Assembly: GCA_965655095.1 (NCBI GenBank) | Contig: OZ296649.1 | Coordinates: forward strand, 23,498,001-23,562,000 | Direction of reading: 5' to 3' | Source of the DNA: Haplodiscus bocki | Lineage: Eukaryota | DNA: 64,000 nt | Part shown: positions 36,801 through 51,099 of the stretch, one piece after another | Position numbering within the stretch: position 1 is the first letter of the stretch | Layout: every line of letters starts with the position of its first letter | Notes under the pieces: model-generated | Databases searched by the model: none | What the model saw: only the letters and a program-made list of their open reading frames with translations | Told to the model about the DNA's origin: nothing | Made by a program: the position numbers and the translations under genes

Positions 36801-38249
36801 TACTTTGGGAGGAGACGGAAAATTAGCGGTGTTACTGCAGACGTTACGATCAGTCACTTTCTTTTTCTTCACTCTTAATTTTCTTTTTTCTTTCGGTTTA
36901 ACAATTCTGGCTGTTCTGCAGCCTTTTCTCAATTTGGCTGTTCCAAAGGTACAGCAAGGCACCAGCATGAATCGCGACGGGGATATGACTTTTTTGGACT
37001 TTTAACAACTTACTACTTTGTGCGCTGAGCACAAGTCTGGTCAAAAACCTGATGAATCATAATCGTCAACAACGACCAAAAAAACGTGGACTCGATATCG
37101 ATGAAACAATATTCAAGTTTGGAAGAAAAGTGTAGGTCCTAGGTGAAACTTTTCGAACAAAAGTTAGAAGGACTCGGAGAACAAATTATTCAATTCAGTT
37201 ATAATAGAATTAAGTTCAAAAAACTGAACGCAATATTCGATTTGAAACTACTAGAACACAAAAAAAGACACTAAAGTTGCTTCTGGCTGTGAACAACTGT
37301 TCGTTTTTTATAAGGAAAAAAGTTCCCTGAATAAGGAACTTTTCAGACGAATACTGCGTAAAAAACGACAAATCAAGATGCTGCAGGTTATCCAACCTGG
37401 GTGAAACTCTCTTGCTGAAACGCTTGTTACTTCTCCAAGATCATAGATACGTTCGCCTATACAGACGCTGCCATTCTAAGATTGCCAGTTCCACCCTTAT
37501 CCTAGCAGTATAGTATAAATGGGTGGTTTTTTGTCAAAAAGCGGCTGTAATGTCTGTCATGCCAGCATGATGGAACTTTCAGCTGTAAAGCAATGTGAAG
37601 GAACGATCTGGCTATTTTATTTGGAATGAAAAAAACACACTCTTTTTTTCATCTAATACAATAACAGTTTGTTGTGCAGCTACATTTTTTTAAACTGTTT
37701 TGAAAACCAGTATGCCACACGAAATAGTTTCAACTGCTATAATTGCGAAATATGTACTATATAATGCAAGCTGAGCTCCTACAACGTTAGTGAAGCTATG
37801 GCAGTGCTTGTAGTCAAAGTTGCTTACGTCAAGAAATATTGACTTTTCTCGGGAGAAGTCATTCAATCGCTTTTTGGACACTGCTAGAATGTAATGGACA
37901 ACCTATTTATTTGTTTTTTGTTATCTTTCTTACGATAAATCATTGAATGAAGCAACGGTAGTCGATGATGCATAAAAATACAGTGAAAATTGCTTTTTGA
38001 AGTCTTTTTTGAAATCTTTTGACGCGGCCGTGTGACGATGAGTCTAGAACGAAGTGTACTTGTGGTAATCAAAGAAAATTTGCTGTATCGAATGAAAAGC
38101 AGCCATAGTGATTTGAACGACAGTGCTGTTGAACAAATTCGTTTTCTTATTTCGTGAGTGGCCATTAGCCAATCACAGTGCAGTCCAGTACTATAAAATG
38201 ATGAACGGACAAGTGATGCCATTATCTTCATCAACTGGTGATACTATTC

Positions 38250-41200
38250 AGTTGTGAAGAAAAGTAACCAAACACAACTCGTGTACCCACTGACTTGAGT
38301 GACCACGGAACATATAATCCGAGGAATTGGGCACGCGTAACCACTGAAATCACAGCATCTAAGTAAAGTCAGAAATTACATCATTCTCAGCAATTACTCA
38401 CTTTCGGATTTTTCATACTCTCTAAGTCTTCTGTCTGATGAAACCATCAATGTCTTGTAAACGCTAAAAGTGACCTTCGAAACAACCCTGAGACTTGGAA
38501 ATCACGAACAAGCGCCCAGAAGAAGTGAAGTATTTACAAACAAAATGGTTGAGATCAACTGACATACGATCCAACCATAGCGACATTAACCCACCACCTC
38601 ATGACACTCAAAGGAACGGTAAAGCAAGCATTTGGGGAAAGAAAAACTGAACTTGTCCAAATCTTCCTCTCCGGCAAAATAAATATACAGATTCGGCTGT
38701 AGTTGTTACCTAAGGGAGAAGGAGATGCATCAGTTGAAGACATTAACAGCTTGAGGCAACGGAGATTTCATTAGGAACAACTGCTTCCCCAGCAAACCCA
38801 GAGCAGGCTCCACAACGAAATCTCTTTATTTCGAATCCAAACTCAACTTGGCAACAGCGACTGCACCGCAAATGAACGCTCAAAGTTCAAAGGAGTTTGT
38901 CAGTACTGTGAGAGCAAAAGCCACAAAAAAGGAGAATAACTAACCAAAAAGAGAGACTAAGTCAATCAGCAAACCCCGAAAAGCCGTCAAAAACCGCGAT
39001 AAAACGAATGACAGAAATAAAACTCTTAACTGGTCTGCAATTTTTACCCCAGTTACCAGGCACTTTCCTCGTTTTTTGTCCGCGTATGCGTCTTTAAGGT
39101 AGAATAAGAATAGGCGATTTTTCGACCCGACTGGAAAAAAAGATTTTTACTAAAAGCAATTTGAAGCGGATGTAGTTTTTGTAAGATTTTTGACGCTGCG
39201 AGTGGCAACAAATTACAAAGTCTTCTTTCTTTAATAGGCGAAAGTTAAATAGACCAAACTGGTTGCAGAAACAACACGACAGCTACAATAAAAAGAGGCC
39301 ATCAATAAATTTGTGAACAATCAAAGCAAAAATTGCTCGAAACAAAAAATGGTAAGAGGCAATCATAAAACAGAAGATTCAATTACAGCGAGAGTGGAAT
39401 CGAACCCATGGCAAAGACTAAACAACAAGGAACTTAAACCGATAGTGTTCAAAAAATATTTTCCGACTGATACAAAAGAAGACACATTTGTTGAGTTGGA
39501 ATTCTTTTTCAGAGTTCTTTGTTCATTTATGTTAATTTTTACTGTAAATTCACGAGCAAACTTCAGAAGCAATAAACGACGAGAAACCACTTGAGCCGCT
39601 GTAAAAAACGAATGATAGTGGAAAAGTTTACAGTGCTAGATTCAGGTCGAAGATGACGAACTCAAAGTTGTCATTATCAAAATCATAACTATTTGTAGGC
39701 AATGCTTTATCTGAAAACTCTATGTTTTATCGTTCACAATTTGAAATCGTTCGTTTAAAGTTGTCATCAAATGCGAAACCCTGACGAAGAGTTGGCACCA
39801 ACAAGAAAAGTTTACATAATATTCAAAGGAGTCGCAGAGAAGGCACGACACGATGAAAAAAGAGGGAAAAATTGAAAACATAGGTTCTAAGATGCCCAGC
39901 ACAAGGTTTGTGCAGAACAGCAGCTAGTAGAGTAGTAAAAACAGCTCTAAAATTAGTGTGCCACAAGCATGTTACAGAAAATGCTGTCATCTGAGGGAAA
40001 CGGTCAAGTCGAACACTGGTTAAAATCTAAAATAGTCAGATTTCTCCTTGAAATTGCTATTCCAACACTTGCAGTTCCTCTAAAATGAAGAGACTGTTAA
40101 TAACTGCATCTTCTGGTGTAATCATTGTTTGACAGGCAGTTTAAGGAGACCTGATACCACTGCTCAAAAGCCTGTCGTTTGACAAAAGACTCTGCCAAGT
40201 TTAAGTTTGAGAAAAACGCCTTTTTCACGTTTTTCAGCCAAAAATAAATCCTGAAAACACCAAAACTTTCTTGACAGTTCAAATTCAGTACCAAATTGTT
40301 TCCGCGCTCTTCCAGGGGTTGGGATACACTAAGGAACCAAAAAGCTCCAAAAACTGCCAAAAACGTTTGTGGTTACGCTCTCCAAATTTATTTGTTGTTA
40401 GTTTGCCGGAAAATTATTCTGCACCGGAAATTAATTGAGGGGTGGCATTCTGACATACAGTGAAAACCAAGACTATTCACCACTACGTAAGCGATTGTAT
40501 GACTCGAAGTTTTGTATGACACAATTCTTTTTTATCAAAACGTCCTAAGATTTCAATTTTTTGCCTATTTATTTTTGGTGAGACACAAAAACGAATTCCA
40601 GAAACGCAAAGTTGAACTTCTCAGCAAAATAGGCCCTGGACGTTGTCCAATCCAGTTGGTTTGACGCCCATTAAAAGTCTTCGAAGCAAGAGTTGATTAG
40701 AAGATAATTGAATTCATTCAAAGTACAAGGAGTCATTTTTTTTGTACGAAGCAATGCGTCAATTTTCATCGGAAAAGAATAAAAAAAATGGAAACAAACT
40801 TGTTTCTGAAAAAAAAACTGGAAGGCAATTGAGGGAATGATTGATAGTACCACCAGTCGAATGAAACGTTAAAAATGACTTGAAAAACCTGCAAGGTACA
40901 GAAAAATCAAAACTTTCATGATTTTTTTGGCAAAAACGGAGCAAAAAAACTGTTCAGACAGGAAATTTCGAAAAGCACTGATGTGTCAAAAAGTCTTTCA
41001 TCGATTAGGGAAAAGATTTATTTGTCTTTTACAAGTATTCCCGATAAACAAGACTAAAAAAAAACCTCTCTTCCTTCAAGCAATTTCAAAGCCTCTTTTT
41101 GCGTTAAACTTGCGGACGAAATTTGGAGGCCAAACATTCGAGAAATGATACATCGTGAAGCCGTCGCAATGTCTTTCCAACTTTCAGCAAAATATGATCC

Positions 41201-42100
41201 TTAGGTGCATATTTTTTTAATTATAAGGAGAAGAACACACAAGGCCGCCACGGATGGTGAAAACGAGCTTTTTAAAAAATCTCATTTGCTGAGAGGCTTT
41301 GCTCCGCTCTCCAAAAATGGCTGCGTCACACTGTACACAGGAATAGGCTAAAGGAATCCAAAGCCAGCAGCACTTTTGAATAAAGCCGCCAAACACGATT
41401 GGCAATCCCTTTGGACAACTTCAACGAACATGACCGGCAGCCACGTGATGATACTGGGCGACAAAACAGAAGTACGCCAGTTAACAGCCACCTCGGACGG
41501 TGGCTGCTTGAAGAGCCACGGATTTTAGCTATAGTTTTTGTGACGACCCGTGTGTGTATTCGTCTTTTGCCGCACATGAGCAAGATAATTGCAGGGTTGG
41601 CCAACAATCTTCTGTTAAAAGTGGACTGAGAAAGCTGATCTTCCATGTCGTGGCAAACAAAGACCTCCTGCATTGACCAGCAATCGAATCACTTACAAAA
41701 AATCCCAATTTATCAGTATGTGACGTAGAATAATCCGGCAACCAGTGGAGCAAAAGGGTGTTGAGCTTTGTTACCTTGCCAGCGATGGTAATTTTGCTGA
41801 CATAATAACAGAGAACCCAAATCAGCCAGCCTTCAACCAATGCTCTCAAAGTCTCTGCGTGGCAGTCAGCTTTCAAACAAACTCTCTCTTCAACAACTAA
41901 ACTCATGCCTCCTTCACAATTCAATATGCTCCAGTCTGTTTCCACAAATATGTTCGACAATCATCAATTGTGATCCTCCTCAACCGAAATCAAACAAGAC
42001 GACCGGCAAGCAACGGCATATTTCCAGCCCTCTAACTTTGCTCAGGATACTTCTTAGAAGGATGAAGGCATTTTCGCGAGAAAGTAATATTTCCAAATAT
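38250..42100 (+). mobile_element. Decayed Ty3/Gypsy element (gag CCHC knuckle, RT, integrase)
   Basis: 'FKGVCQYCESKSHKKGE*LTKKRD' CCHC knuckle (38886-38960), RT-like 'RLTKDSAKFKFEKNAF' and 'VTLSKFI' (40170-40395), integrase 'HLGRWLLEEP..IAGLANNLLLKVD' (41399-41629) and 'NPATSG' for HPxSNG (~41730). Confidence 0.55.
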
Positions 42101-42149
42101 AGAAAGTTGTGATTTCTGCAAAAGACTTTTAATTCAGGTGCCAAAAAAG

Positions 42150-43550
42150 ACAGTTTTAAGAAATAACTTCATTTGGTACGCCTTCTACAGCACTTTTGTC
42201 ACCTTAACTGATTTTGAAAACTTTCAAGTCTTATTCGAGAAAACCCATCTATTTCTCCAAAAAAAACCAAAGTTTTGAACGTTTTGAGAAATCTTACTTT
42301 CATTTTTCAGTCGCATTCTACGGCAACTTTGCTACAACTTGCTGATAAGAAGTTTACACCGTCAGAACTGGCGAACATTGAACACTTTCGCATCGAACAT
42401 TATCAATCGGCAAATACGAAAAAAATCGTTCGCTTTGAGTGGATGATTTTCCTTCCATATCGATACATGGGTGGGAGATATTCTGCCCTGGCACGTCAAG
42501 CAGAGTGGTTCATCCGAGACAGTACCCTGGAAACATAAACTGGTATCTCAAACAATGGGTTGGCTAGAGACCGATGATACCATGAAAGATAATCATGACC
42601 TAATCAAGCCGGAATTCCATATACGGTTTTCGAAGCCGTGACTGTCATTTAATGTCTCTACTTCTTATCTTTTACATATCAACGCAAGTCAACTTGAAGT
42701 TTCATCAAAAAAATTGACATGTAATCATCATCAGGATTTTAAGAACCAACTCGAAGCATCAAGAATAATGCTGAGGCAAAGCCACCTTTTCCAGATACTT
42801 GCAATTAAAAAATCACAATGGACTTTTGAAGAACTGGACGACGAGGTTTGCAGAAAAAAACTTTTGCGAAGAAGCGGGTAAAAGGCCTTGATTTTCGTAT
42901 TGCAAAATAATATAACTCATAGAACAGGTTCACCATTGACCATCCTTACGACTCTGCAATGCTTTGATTCAAAGCCTGTGGAAAATGTTACTAAGTGAAC
43001 AAATCCGACCGATAAACCCAAGAAAACTGCTCGGGACAGAAAACACAAGAGACGCCTTTGGTTTTCCAATTACATGGTCAGATATTGAAAAATATGGGAA
43101 GAAAGTACTTCAGACTCGTAAAGTTTTAGGCAGTCGCATTTTTGCCAGATTGGCACAATTGAACCACTAGTAATTAAGAAAAGCACCCACAATTTTTCAA
43201 CGTGAAAGAATTTACATTTGAGTTTTCAATAACAAAGTACCACTTAACGCACTAAGTCTCAAAAGAACGTTTATTCCATCTGAAAGACGTTCCAGACAAC
43301 AAAATTTTCACAGAACCTATCATCAAGGGATGCTGATAGCTAGGCAGTGAGAAAGCAAGTTTTCACGAACAAGGCAAGTGAAACGTCAAAAAGCATTCCT
43401 TCATTAAAAGTCAAACGAGAAGCTTGCAAGCTAGCCAAGAGTACTTCCATCTGATGAGTGGCCGAATAGACGTCAGAAAGATCCAATCAGTCAACTTTAA
43501 AAACCGTTACTTTGCTGTTAAATCCATCACAAGAAATTCTTTTCTAAGTT
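42150..43550 (+). mobile_element. Second Gypsy RNase H-integrase remnant
   Basis: 'ADKKFTPSELANIEHFR' (42340-42390), 'DTWVGDILPWHVK' for RWVDRLLP (~42460-42500), 'FGFPITWSDIEK' in the H2C2 region (43057-43095), 'HLMSGRIDVRKIQSV' (43448-43495). Confidence 0.55.
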
Positions 43551-43776
43551 ACTTTCGGATGCGTGGACGGTTGTTTAGTAGGTTATTATTTTCTTTTTGG
43601 GATTGTTCTTGAAAAAAAAATTGAAATATTAAAGAAATGAACTTATAAAGTTACAGTTTACATATATTTTTTGGACTTACATTATTGTAGCACTGCAGTG
43701 GAAAGAGAGAGTCTCTTTTTACAAAAGTTGGAGTGTTGGAGTGTTGAAGGTGTACCATTGAGAGCAGAGTCGAAAT

Positions 43777-44349
43777 TGTTATGGGTCTACTGGTTGATCG
43801 ATAGGTTTTGAATTGTCTGCGTAAGAAAATTTTCGGGTCTTAATTCCAGAGAACTTTCTTGGGGTTCCGGAGATAAAATCAATAATTTACCAGGCTTGTA
43901 AGGGCAAGGGTCAGCAAGTTCAGGTCTTAAGAAATTTAAAACGAAGAAAATAAAGAAGTAATACAAAGAGGGATTGTATGAAAACGTTATGTGAAACAAC
44001 GGGGTAATTCAACTGTTGGCAAGATAGTACATAGTTAAAAAATTACTCAGAGAATTTATGTCTGTCAAAGAAAACATATTGTATAATAGAAGAGGGATAA
44101 CAGTTACTAACTAGTTTAAATGTTTTAAGTATTATTCAAGTTTGTGCTAAAAGTTACTTAATAAATACTGCAGGGTACTCTAGGTTCTTAAGTCTTTCAC
44201 TGTTAAATTTTCCGTCTTTTTTTATTATTCATCAGTCTCGTATCTCTGCCCGGTGCCGCAAAGAATTGAACTGTCTCTCATTGGCTGTTACACAACTAAT
44301 CATTGAGAAAAACAGTTCCGTCAATCGATGCTGGTAAAAACTTGTAACA
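43777..44349 (+). repeat. Candidate solitary LTR (about 573 bp)
   Basis: Begins TGTTA (43777) and ends TAACA (44349), a 5-bp terminal inverted repeat, with a weak purine tract just upstream. It lies between two retroelement remnants. No second copy found in the window. Confidence 0.25.
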
Positions 44350-46400
44350 AGTTTGTTTTTCAACTAGAAGTCAAAAACAGAGACTGCGGCGAGCACTTCA
44401 AGCTAATCGTCAAAAATTCCAGTCAACTTCTGGTATGTCAACGATAAACCGACACAATCTAACCCAACTGAATGAAGAAGGCAAAAAATTTGACGAAATA
44501 CATTATGCTTGAAGTGGGAGTCAATTTTTTTTGCAACTTAGCTCAAAACCAGCCAATGAGCGACTGAAATTAAACAGTACACGATTTCCAGCCACCAGTT
44601 TCTCAATCAAACTCAGATGAATTCGATCCACCGAGTAGTCACTGAGAGATACTGCATCAACGGACAACGGAGATAAAAAGATTTTCGACTTTTCAATTAT
44701 CAGTCATACTTTTTTCCTAAAATGTTTCGAAGTTCGGTCCTCCAAGCTACTAAGCAGAAACATCATCACGCCCAACCGGTAAAACGCCCGCTTTTTGAGT
44801 CCGAGTTCGATCCCACAGGATACAAAAAATAAACTCTCGAAAGAACAGAATAACGGGACAAAGGCGAGGTAAAGGAAGGTAAAAACACTTAAAAATGACG
44901 ATCATTTAGAGAGTAGACTTTCATTACCGGAAGTCAACAGAAGAACTTTATTTGAAACGATCAGGTAACGCCTGGGAAACATTCTTCATTGCCGATTGAG
45001 GCATTTGTTGGCGCCTCGAACCCGAAGTAAAGATTTTAAAGCGTACCCGTCAAACTCTGATACAGAATTAGACATCCAGCCATATGGTGATTGCTGCGCC
45101 ACAGCATTTCCTGAAGATCCGTAAGATGCAATTTCAATCAAGTAGTTCCCTGCAAAGGAACATTAATTTGTAAAACTCATTAATTTCAACGATGTAAAAT
45201 GATGCCACCCGCGATGTTAGAAATTGGTCCCGTTTCTACTACAATGCTGTTTGAGCAAACGTGCTGCGCTCTACAGGTTTAGATACCTTAGTTGTAAATC
45301 TTGTGGATATACTTTCCCCTATTCGGCCCTTATTGATTTTGTTTCAAGTCTTCAAGGAATATTTATTTTTCCTTGAAGTTTGTGCTAGTTTCACAAACAA
45401 AAATCAGTCTTGTTTTCATTGCTAGGTTCATTTAGAGAGAATTCCTATATATCTGCAAACCCCTCAAACCAGCGCACAGTCGCTTTGTGGCGCTTTTTCT
45501 ATTTTTGCTCTCACTAATTTTTTTGAGCTTAAAGCGACAAAAATTTTCCGATTTTGAGGGTTTTAGTCAGATTGTAAAATAGTACCCTCTTTACAACATA
45601 GCTGGCATAGACATAATTCCTACAGTTCTTCACACCTTACAACGTGGTGCGTAAATTGTTGTTGGCGGAATATTCATTCACGCCTTTATTGCAGGCGATT
45701 AGCATTTTTGTTTGTTAATCCAACCTCCCCCGGAGTCAAATAATTCATCTATTTTGACCATCATACACTGAAGTTATTTATTTGAATTTATTGTACCTTC
45801 GATGGCGGTAGTATTCTTTTCGAACGCGATTAGCCGGTGCTTCGTCAATGTCACTTTACTTTAGTATGAGTCTTTTCATCGAGGTAAACAAACAAACAAA
45901 CAAACAAACAAACAAACAAACTATTTTCTTCAAGATTGATGATATAAAATTTGGCAAGTCATTATTTACTGAGCACTCTTTTTGATCTTATCTCTCTCTT
46001 CAATATTTGCAGTACACACCTTTAGCCGCCACTTTAGCAGCTAATTCTTATTTACGCTTGTCAAATGGAATGTAGTGAACTTTGATCAGATCTTAATAAA
46101 CTATAACTTGTAAAATTTTATAACCAGAACCAAATTCGATGCTCAAGCGAACAGGTGGTTTTTAACTACATTTTTTCTTCTCTATAACTTCTTCAAATTC
46201 GAGCCCAAGAAGCCGATAATCAATTGAGGAAGAATTGGTATCACCAGAGTGCTTCGGTCGAGAAGAGTTGAGAATACAGCAATTGAAGTTAATAACACCT
46301 GGGAATAGTAGTTTGGAACTAATCTACGACAATTAATGCATACAGTCCTTTTCAACTGAAACTAACTGGCAATTGTCCCCAAGTAGTACGAACCAGAGAT
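44350..46400 (+). mobile_element. Deleted Bel/Pao remnant (protease, integrase, DUF5641-like tail)
   Basis: 'FITGSQQ-NFI..RLG' for DxGSQxSFI (~44920-44975), 'AGIDIIP..GGIFIH' (45600-45680), 'N*GRIG..V..TAIEV' for WxLGRI..V (46220-46290). Confidence 0.35.
45886..45921 (+). repeat. (AAAC)9 microsatellite
   Basis: Perfect tetranucleotide repeat, 36 bp. Confidence 0.97.
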
Positions 46401-46549
46401 GGCGTAAAGCTTGAAACTGTCTTTAGCCTTCGAGCAGCCCTTAAAGCACTTTCGGCCTAAAGAGCATCCGATGCAAAGGACAACACCTAATGCAACATTG
46501 TTGAAATTAGTTCAGCAACATTGCAGCTGTCGATAGCATGCGTCTTTTT

Positions 46550-47750
46550 TGGAAGAAAATCATCAGAGTAATCACGAAAAAAAAACGAGTTTGAACTTGT
46601 AGTAAATTCAAAGATTAATGAACTTTGCCTTGTGTTGGACCTGTTAAGGCCCCAATGAATGGAGCAAAGGAACACTTTTGTGATTGAACAGCGTCTTTTA
46701 TGTAAAAGTTTGTCAAGTAAGACAACAATGAAAACATTCGGGCAATTAGATTCGGAGGAACATGTGTTTGAGTAGCAATTTTTTGAATATTTTGGGTCCT
46801 TTGGCTTCTGAATTCTCCAATGCAAGTAGCAGAGCTGAAAAGCATGTTTGAAAAAATGTTCTTCAGAATAGAAAGGCATCGTTTGGGACTTTGGTGTGCC
46901 AATCACGAAAGATCTTCAGAAGAGAGGGTTTGCATACAGAAGGATGTTATTACTTAGGATTATTTCTGGCAAAATCAACCCACCAGACGGTTTAAGCAAG
47001 ATTGAATATTCAAATAAACTAATATCAATTGAACTCTTTTTTCGATAAACAGACTGTCAATTGAGACCGATGTAGAAGAAATCCATTAAATGTTTGTACA
47101 GAGGAAAGTGTATGAAAAAAGAAAAAATAATTTTTTGAGTTTTTTCTAAATTTTCGGCTCTTCAAGTTTCAATTTTTAGCAGCACAAAAGGAAGCAAATT
47201 TAAACAGAAACTCTGCAAATGAGAACCCGTTTGATTCGGACCTGCGTGAACAGAAGGATTGAAGTTGAAAAAGTGTAATCATTAAGGAGTATCACTACTC
47301 ATATCAAATTTTATCGTCTTCCACAACTTGTGGTCTTGGGAGTAAGGTATACAAGCGAACCCTAAAGAATCAAATTTTTGCTGAAACGATTTTGTCGATT
47401 GAGACATTGATAAAAGAGATCCAGAGGCTAGCTGTTGAGAACAGACTTGTTCCGAAAAAAGAAAAAAATCCAATTATTGCAATTCAGTCTTAGGGCAACC
47501 ACTGAGATTAAGGGAACTGAGACTAAAGGAATCCATTGGGAAGACTGTTTTTGCAGAAAAAAGAGTTTCAATGCCGAGAAATATCAGAAATCGGCGCACT
47601 TTTGAGCGTTTTGGACTTAGGAGTTCTCCAATGCACGGAGCCAGACACATAGTTTTTTTATGAATCAATCTTCTCCGATTAGAGATAAACCAATTCAGAC
47701 ATCATTGAAAGAAATCTAGCAGCAAACAAAATTGAAAAGTAGTTTCATTT
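46550..47750 (+). mobile_element. Bel/Pao reverse transcriptase remnant
   Basis: 'AELKSMFEKMFFRIERHRLGLW' for ADIxxMFxQ..DRxxLRFLW (46828-46895), 'VVLGVRY' for KVLGxxW (~47330), 'GIHWED' (~47528). Confidence 0.5.
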
Positions 47751-48499
47751 TTGCGGACAACCCATCTTTAACACAGAATATTGTAATTTCGACCAAATGC
47801 GTCTTAGATAAAAAAATACAAACGGGAATATGTTTTTGTCCAGGAAAACCTTGGAAATCAGGAACGTGTTTTTTGACGCTTTGAGGTATGGTAAACAGAT
47901 GATAGAAACAGACAAAACGATTTTTAAAATAGGGAAGTTTCTTCAGTTATAACTAGCATGTATGTCATTTCAGTCATTTCTGGTGTAACAAGGCACCAAC
48001 ACCAGGATTAAATTGAGAGTAATCTTATCATATTACTTTCTGCTGATGAACAATTGGTTACATCCAACTAAGGCATTTCCAACATTTACAATTTCAACCG
48101 TTCACAGTTTGAATATTTTGCAAATTCAACCTAATTCAATTCCGACATTTTTTTTAAATTTTCCGTCACCCTTTTAAATGTAAAGACGCCCGACATCCAA
48201 ACAATCCACTGGGCCTCATAAAACGGAACGTTAGAAATATTTGCAAGACTTTGAAAGCTAATTAAAAGTTTTGAAAGGTAATTTATAGGGTGACCCCTAT
48301 AATCATGAATATTTAGAATGTTAGCGCTATAAACAGCTATCATTAACAAACTATTTGCCAAAATGCACCAAAACTTCTGGCATCACTCGTTAATGATCGA
48401 AAAGTATCGCAATTACTCCAAACATCACAGTGAAAGTTACTTAAATCTGGTCAGATTGCAAGCGATCTATGAAAAAAGGCACGTGTAGAAATTTTCTAC

Positions 48500-49350
48500 T
48501 TTGGAATTGGTTGACAGTAGTAACCAAGATGTGCGGAAATATTTTCAACTCAAACTGCCTTTGAAGCATCAGTATTGACACCTGTAGTTCGGATCAACGT
48601 TCGAGATCATTATTGTCACTTTCGTTCATTGGAAGTCATCTAAATTTTTGATGCCATGAAAGCTACCGAGTATAATAAATTCTATGCAATTTCAGTGAGA
48701 AAGAGTAATTGTCAACTTGGTCTCTGAAAAAAGCCAGCAAAACAAATTTAGAAGAACAAAAAGTTTAATTGTCGAAGAGTTTCAAATCTATTGCCTTTTT
48801 CAGCATCTTCCGAAGTTGAAATGTCCAGAGCAGTTACAAAACAGAATATTAGACTGTCAAAATTTTGTTAACAGTATGCTATCGGGTTAAACATTGGTGA
48901 AGGTAATGCAGCCGCTAATTGTAGAGAAAGGGTTAGTTTGAAAAGACACGACAATGTATGTTTACTCACAACAGTTCTTGGCTTTTTCGGTCGATCAAGT
49001 TTCCAATGGAAGGAGCAAAACCGAGACGAGCTTTATCGGATAGCGTTTTATCGATGCTAACCAAAGAAAACGAAGCTAACCGAAAAATTAGACTAGGATG
49101 CTAACCGAAGCAATGAATGATTTTGGAAAAATAAGAGTTTGGATATCCGGGAAGATGAAAAATTTCTGTCTTTTTGTGTCCTCTGGAGTCTTCATTGCAA
49201 GGAGAGCAACCCATTGTGTTATTGTCAACCAACCTTCTCCCAAAAAAGCACCAATACAGACCTTAATGAACAAAACCTAGCATCAATAGAAAATTAGAAA
49301 ATTAGTCTAAAAATCGCTGAGAACCCTGAGTTTTTGTTTTCCCTCGTAAT
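48500..49350 (+). mobile_element. Gypsy protease/RT fragment, very decayed
   Basis: 'LVDSS' (~48508) and 'DFGKIRVWISGKMKNFCLFVSSGVF' for GFxQIxV..KTAF..GxF (49098-49280). Confidence 0.3.
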
Positions 49351-49399
49351 AAAAAACGGAAAGAAAGTTGGATCTTCCTTATACAGACTTTTCTCTCCG

Positions 49400-49840
49400 T
49401 AAGTTGCCAAATCGTGACTAAGGTGTTAACATTTTTTCAAACCCTGAAATTTCCCTTGCAGTTTTGACAACCCTTTCAAATAAATTTTCATGTAAAGCCA
49501 AAACCCTTTTCCTGAAAGTCCAAGAGAAAATTGAAATTATAATTGTTTTCAAAGAATTTTTCTCCAAAATATTCCCAATTGCATGTATTGTTAAGTTTTG
49601 ATTTTTTTTTGAATGTTGAAACCAATTTTTCCCCCATAAATTCAAGGTTTAATTCTTTCATAAGGGTCTCAGTTGACATCTTTTTAGTTATGCTGAACTT
49701 TTCATTAAAAAAAATCACCAATCTTTGCATGTCCAAAACTTGACAGGCTGAAAATCTCAAGAAAACTTTGAATAACTGCAGATCGCAGTCTTCAGACACT
49801 TCAGTATCGATATTGACCACATTGAATTTATGCATCATGG
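49400..49840 (-). pseudogene. Possible Polinton accessory gene remnant (DEDD/DnaQ-like small ORF)
   Basis: 'VVNIDTEV' resembles an exonuclease I hhhDxE motif, followed across frames by 'NLWGKNW' and 'EYFGEK'. Adjacent to the capsid/protease block. Confidence 0.25.
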
Positions 49841-50099
49841 TTTCATTCGACAGCTATTTTTTTGAAGAGGACTACTCAAAAATTTCGTAATCGATTCATT
49901 TCTTTCTGCCCGGACAAGAAAGTGCCTTTTTTTCGATTTGTTCTATTATCCATTAAAATTTTTCTAAAGTTTTTGCCTTGACTTCCACAATCAGGGTTTA
50001 AATCGGCATCTTTTTTTCAAGACTTTGATGAATAAGTTGCAATTTTTTTGCTTTTCGATTCTTGGTTTTTGGAAAACAGTAAAGTTTTCATAAAATTGA

Positions 50100-50950
50100 C
50101 ATGACTTGACAATCAATTTTTTTAAAGCTTTAACACAACCTACTTCACTCCTCGTGCAATAGTCGCAATCAGCAGTTTTTACTGAAGAAAGACTTTTCAA
50201 ACACTCATCAATCTTAGCCGAGCGTAGCAAAAACTGAACAATGTATCTTCAGTCAGCCACAGTGGAGAAAACATAGGAAGTCCTTTTCCTTTACATTTTC
50301 AAGTCAAAACCTTTAGTTCAAAGCTCAATATTCCTTCAGTTCTTTGACAATTTTCGTCGATCTACGCAGAAACGTTACGGGGAGGCTTTAATTTGTCAAA
50401 TAATATTGTTTGAACGCCGTCCGATAAATTCTTGATAGTTTCGTTTTCGAAGAAAACTTAAAAATCGAGACCAATTTGGATAGTTCGACCATAGTAATCA
50501 TTTTGTAAGTCGGAGACTTTGTCTTTTAGGGCGCTTTTTTGCCGTGATTCCACAGAGTCCTAAAAAGTAGACTCTGTGCTTCCACGCATTGAAAGTTGGT
50601 TCTGGCCCCTGGCCCGACATTTTTTGATGATCTTTCTGCGAAAGACTTGAAATTTGAGCCAATTTTGTTCACTTTGTCTTATTGCAAAACGTTTGAATCC
50701 TCAAATAAAGCTACAAGCTGTTTGAGTTTTGGACAACATTTACAATAAGAATGACCCTGTTCTATCATTAACTAAACTGCCGTTGTGTTTCGACGCTTTT
50801 TCGATCTGTTTTCATTTTTGCAAGAAGATTTGGTATATTTTGAAACTGAGCTTTTTCTGGTTAGTTTGAAGTCTTTTCTGAGAGATTCAGACATTTAATT
50901 TCGTCACTAAAGTAAATATTTTCAACTTTGCTTCATTTTTTGAACCATTG
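50100..50950 (-). mobile_element. Bel/Pao integrase plus DUF5641-like C-terminus remnant
   Basis: 'GFKRFAIRQ..KIGSNFK' for RFxxRRG..SDNGSNF, 'TFNAW..FLGLC' for WxFNP..FGGxW, and 'LWLTED..AKIDE..SVKT..R'. Confidence 0.5.
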
Positions 50951-51099
50951 TAACATGAACTTTCGAATCAATTAGATAATTAGCCTGAGTTGCAATAACG
51001 AAGTTTCTAAATGGGTTCTTTTTTCAAAGACTCTCATCAATCTCAACAAGAGTATCGCAAGTTTGGGCAGTTTTTAGCACCAACCAAAACCAAAGTGTT

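Noticed and set aside
41529-41960. 143-aa minus-strand ORF as a gene
   Set aside because: It is antisense to the plus-strand Gypsy integrase remnant and has no motif of its own.
46487-46906. 139-aa Cys-containing minus-strand ORF as a gene
   Set aside because: It is antisense to the plus-strand Pao RT remnant.
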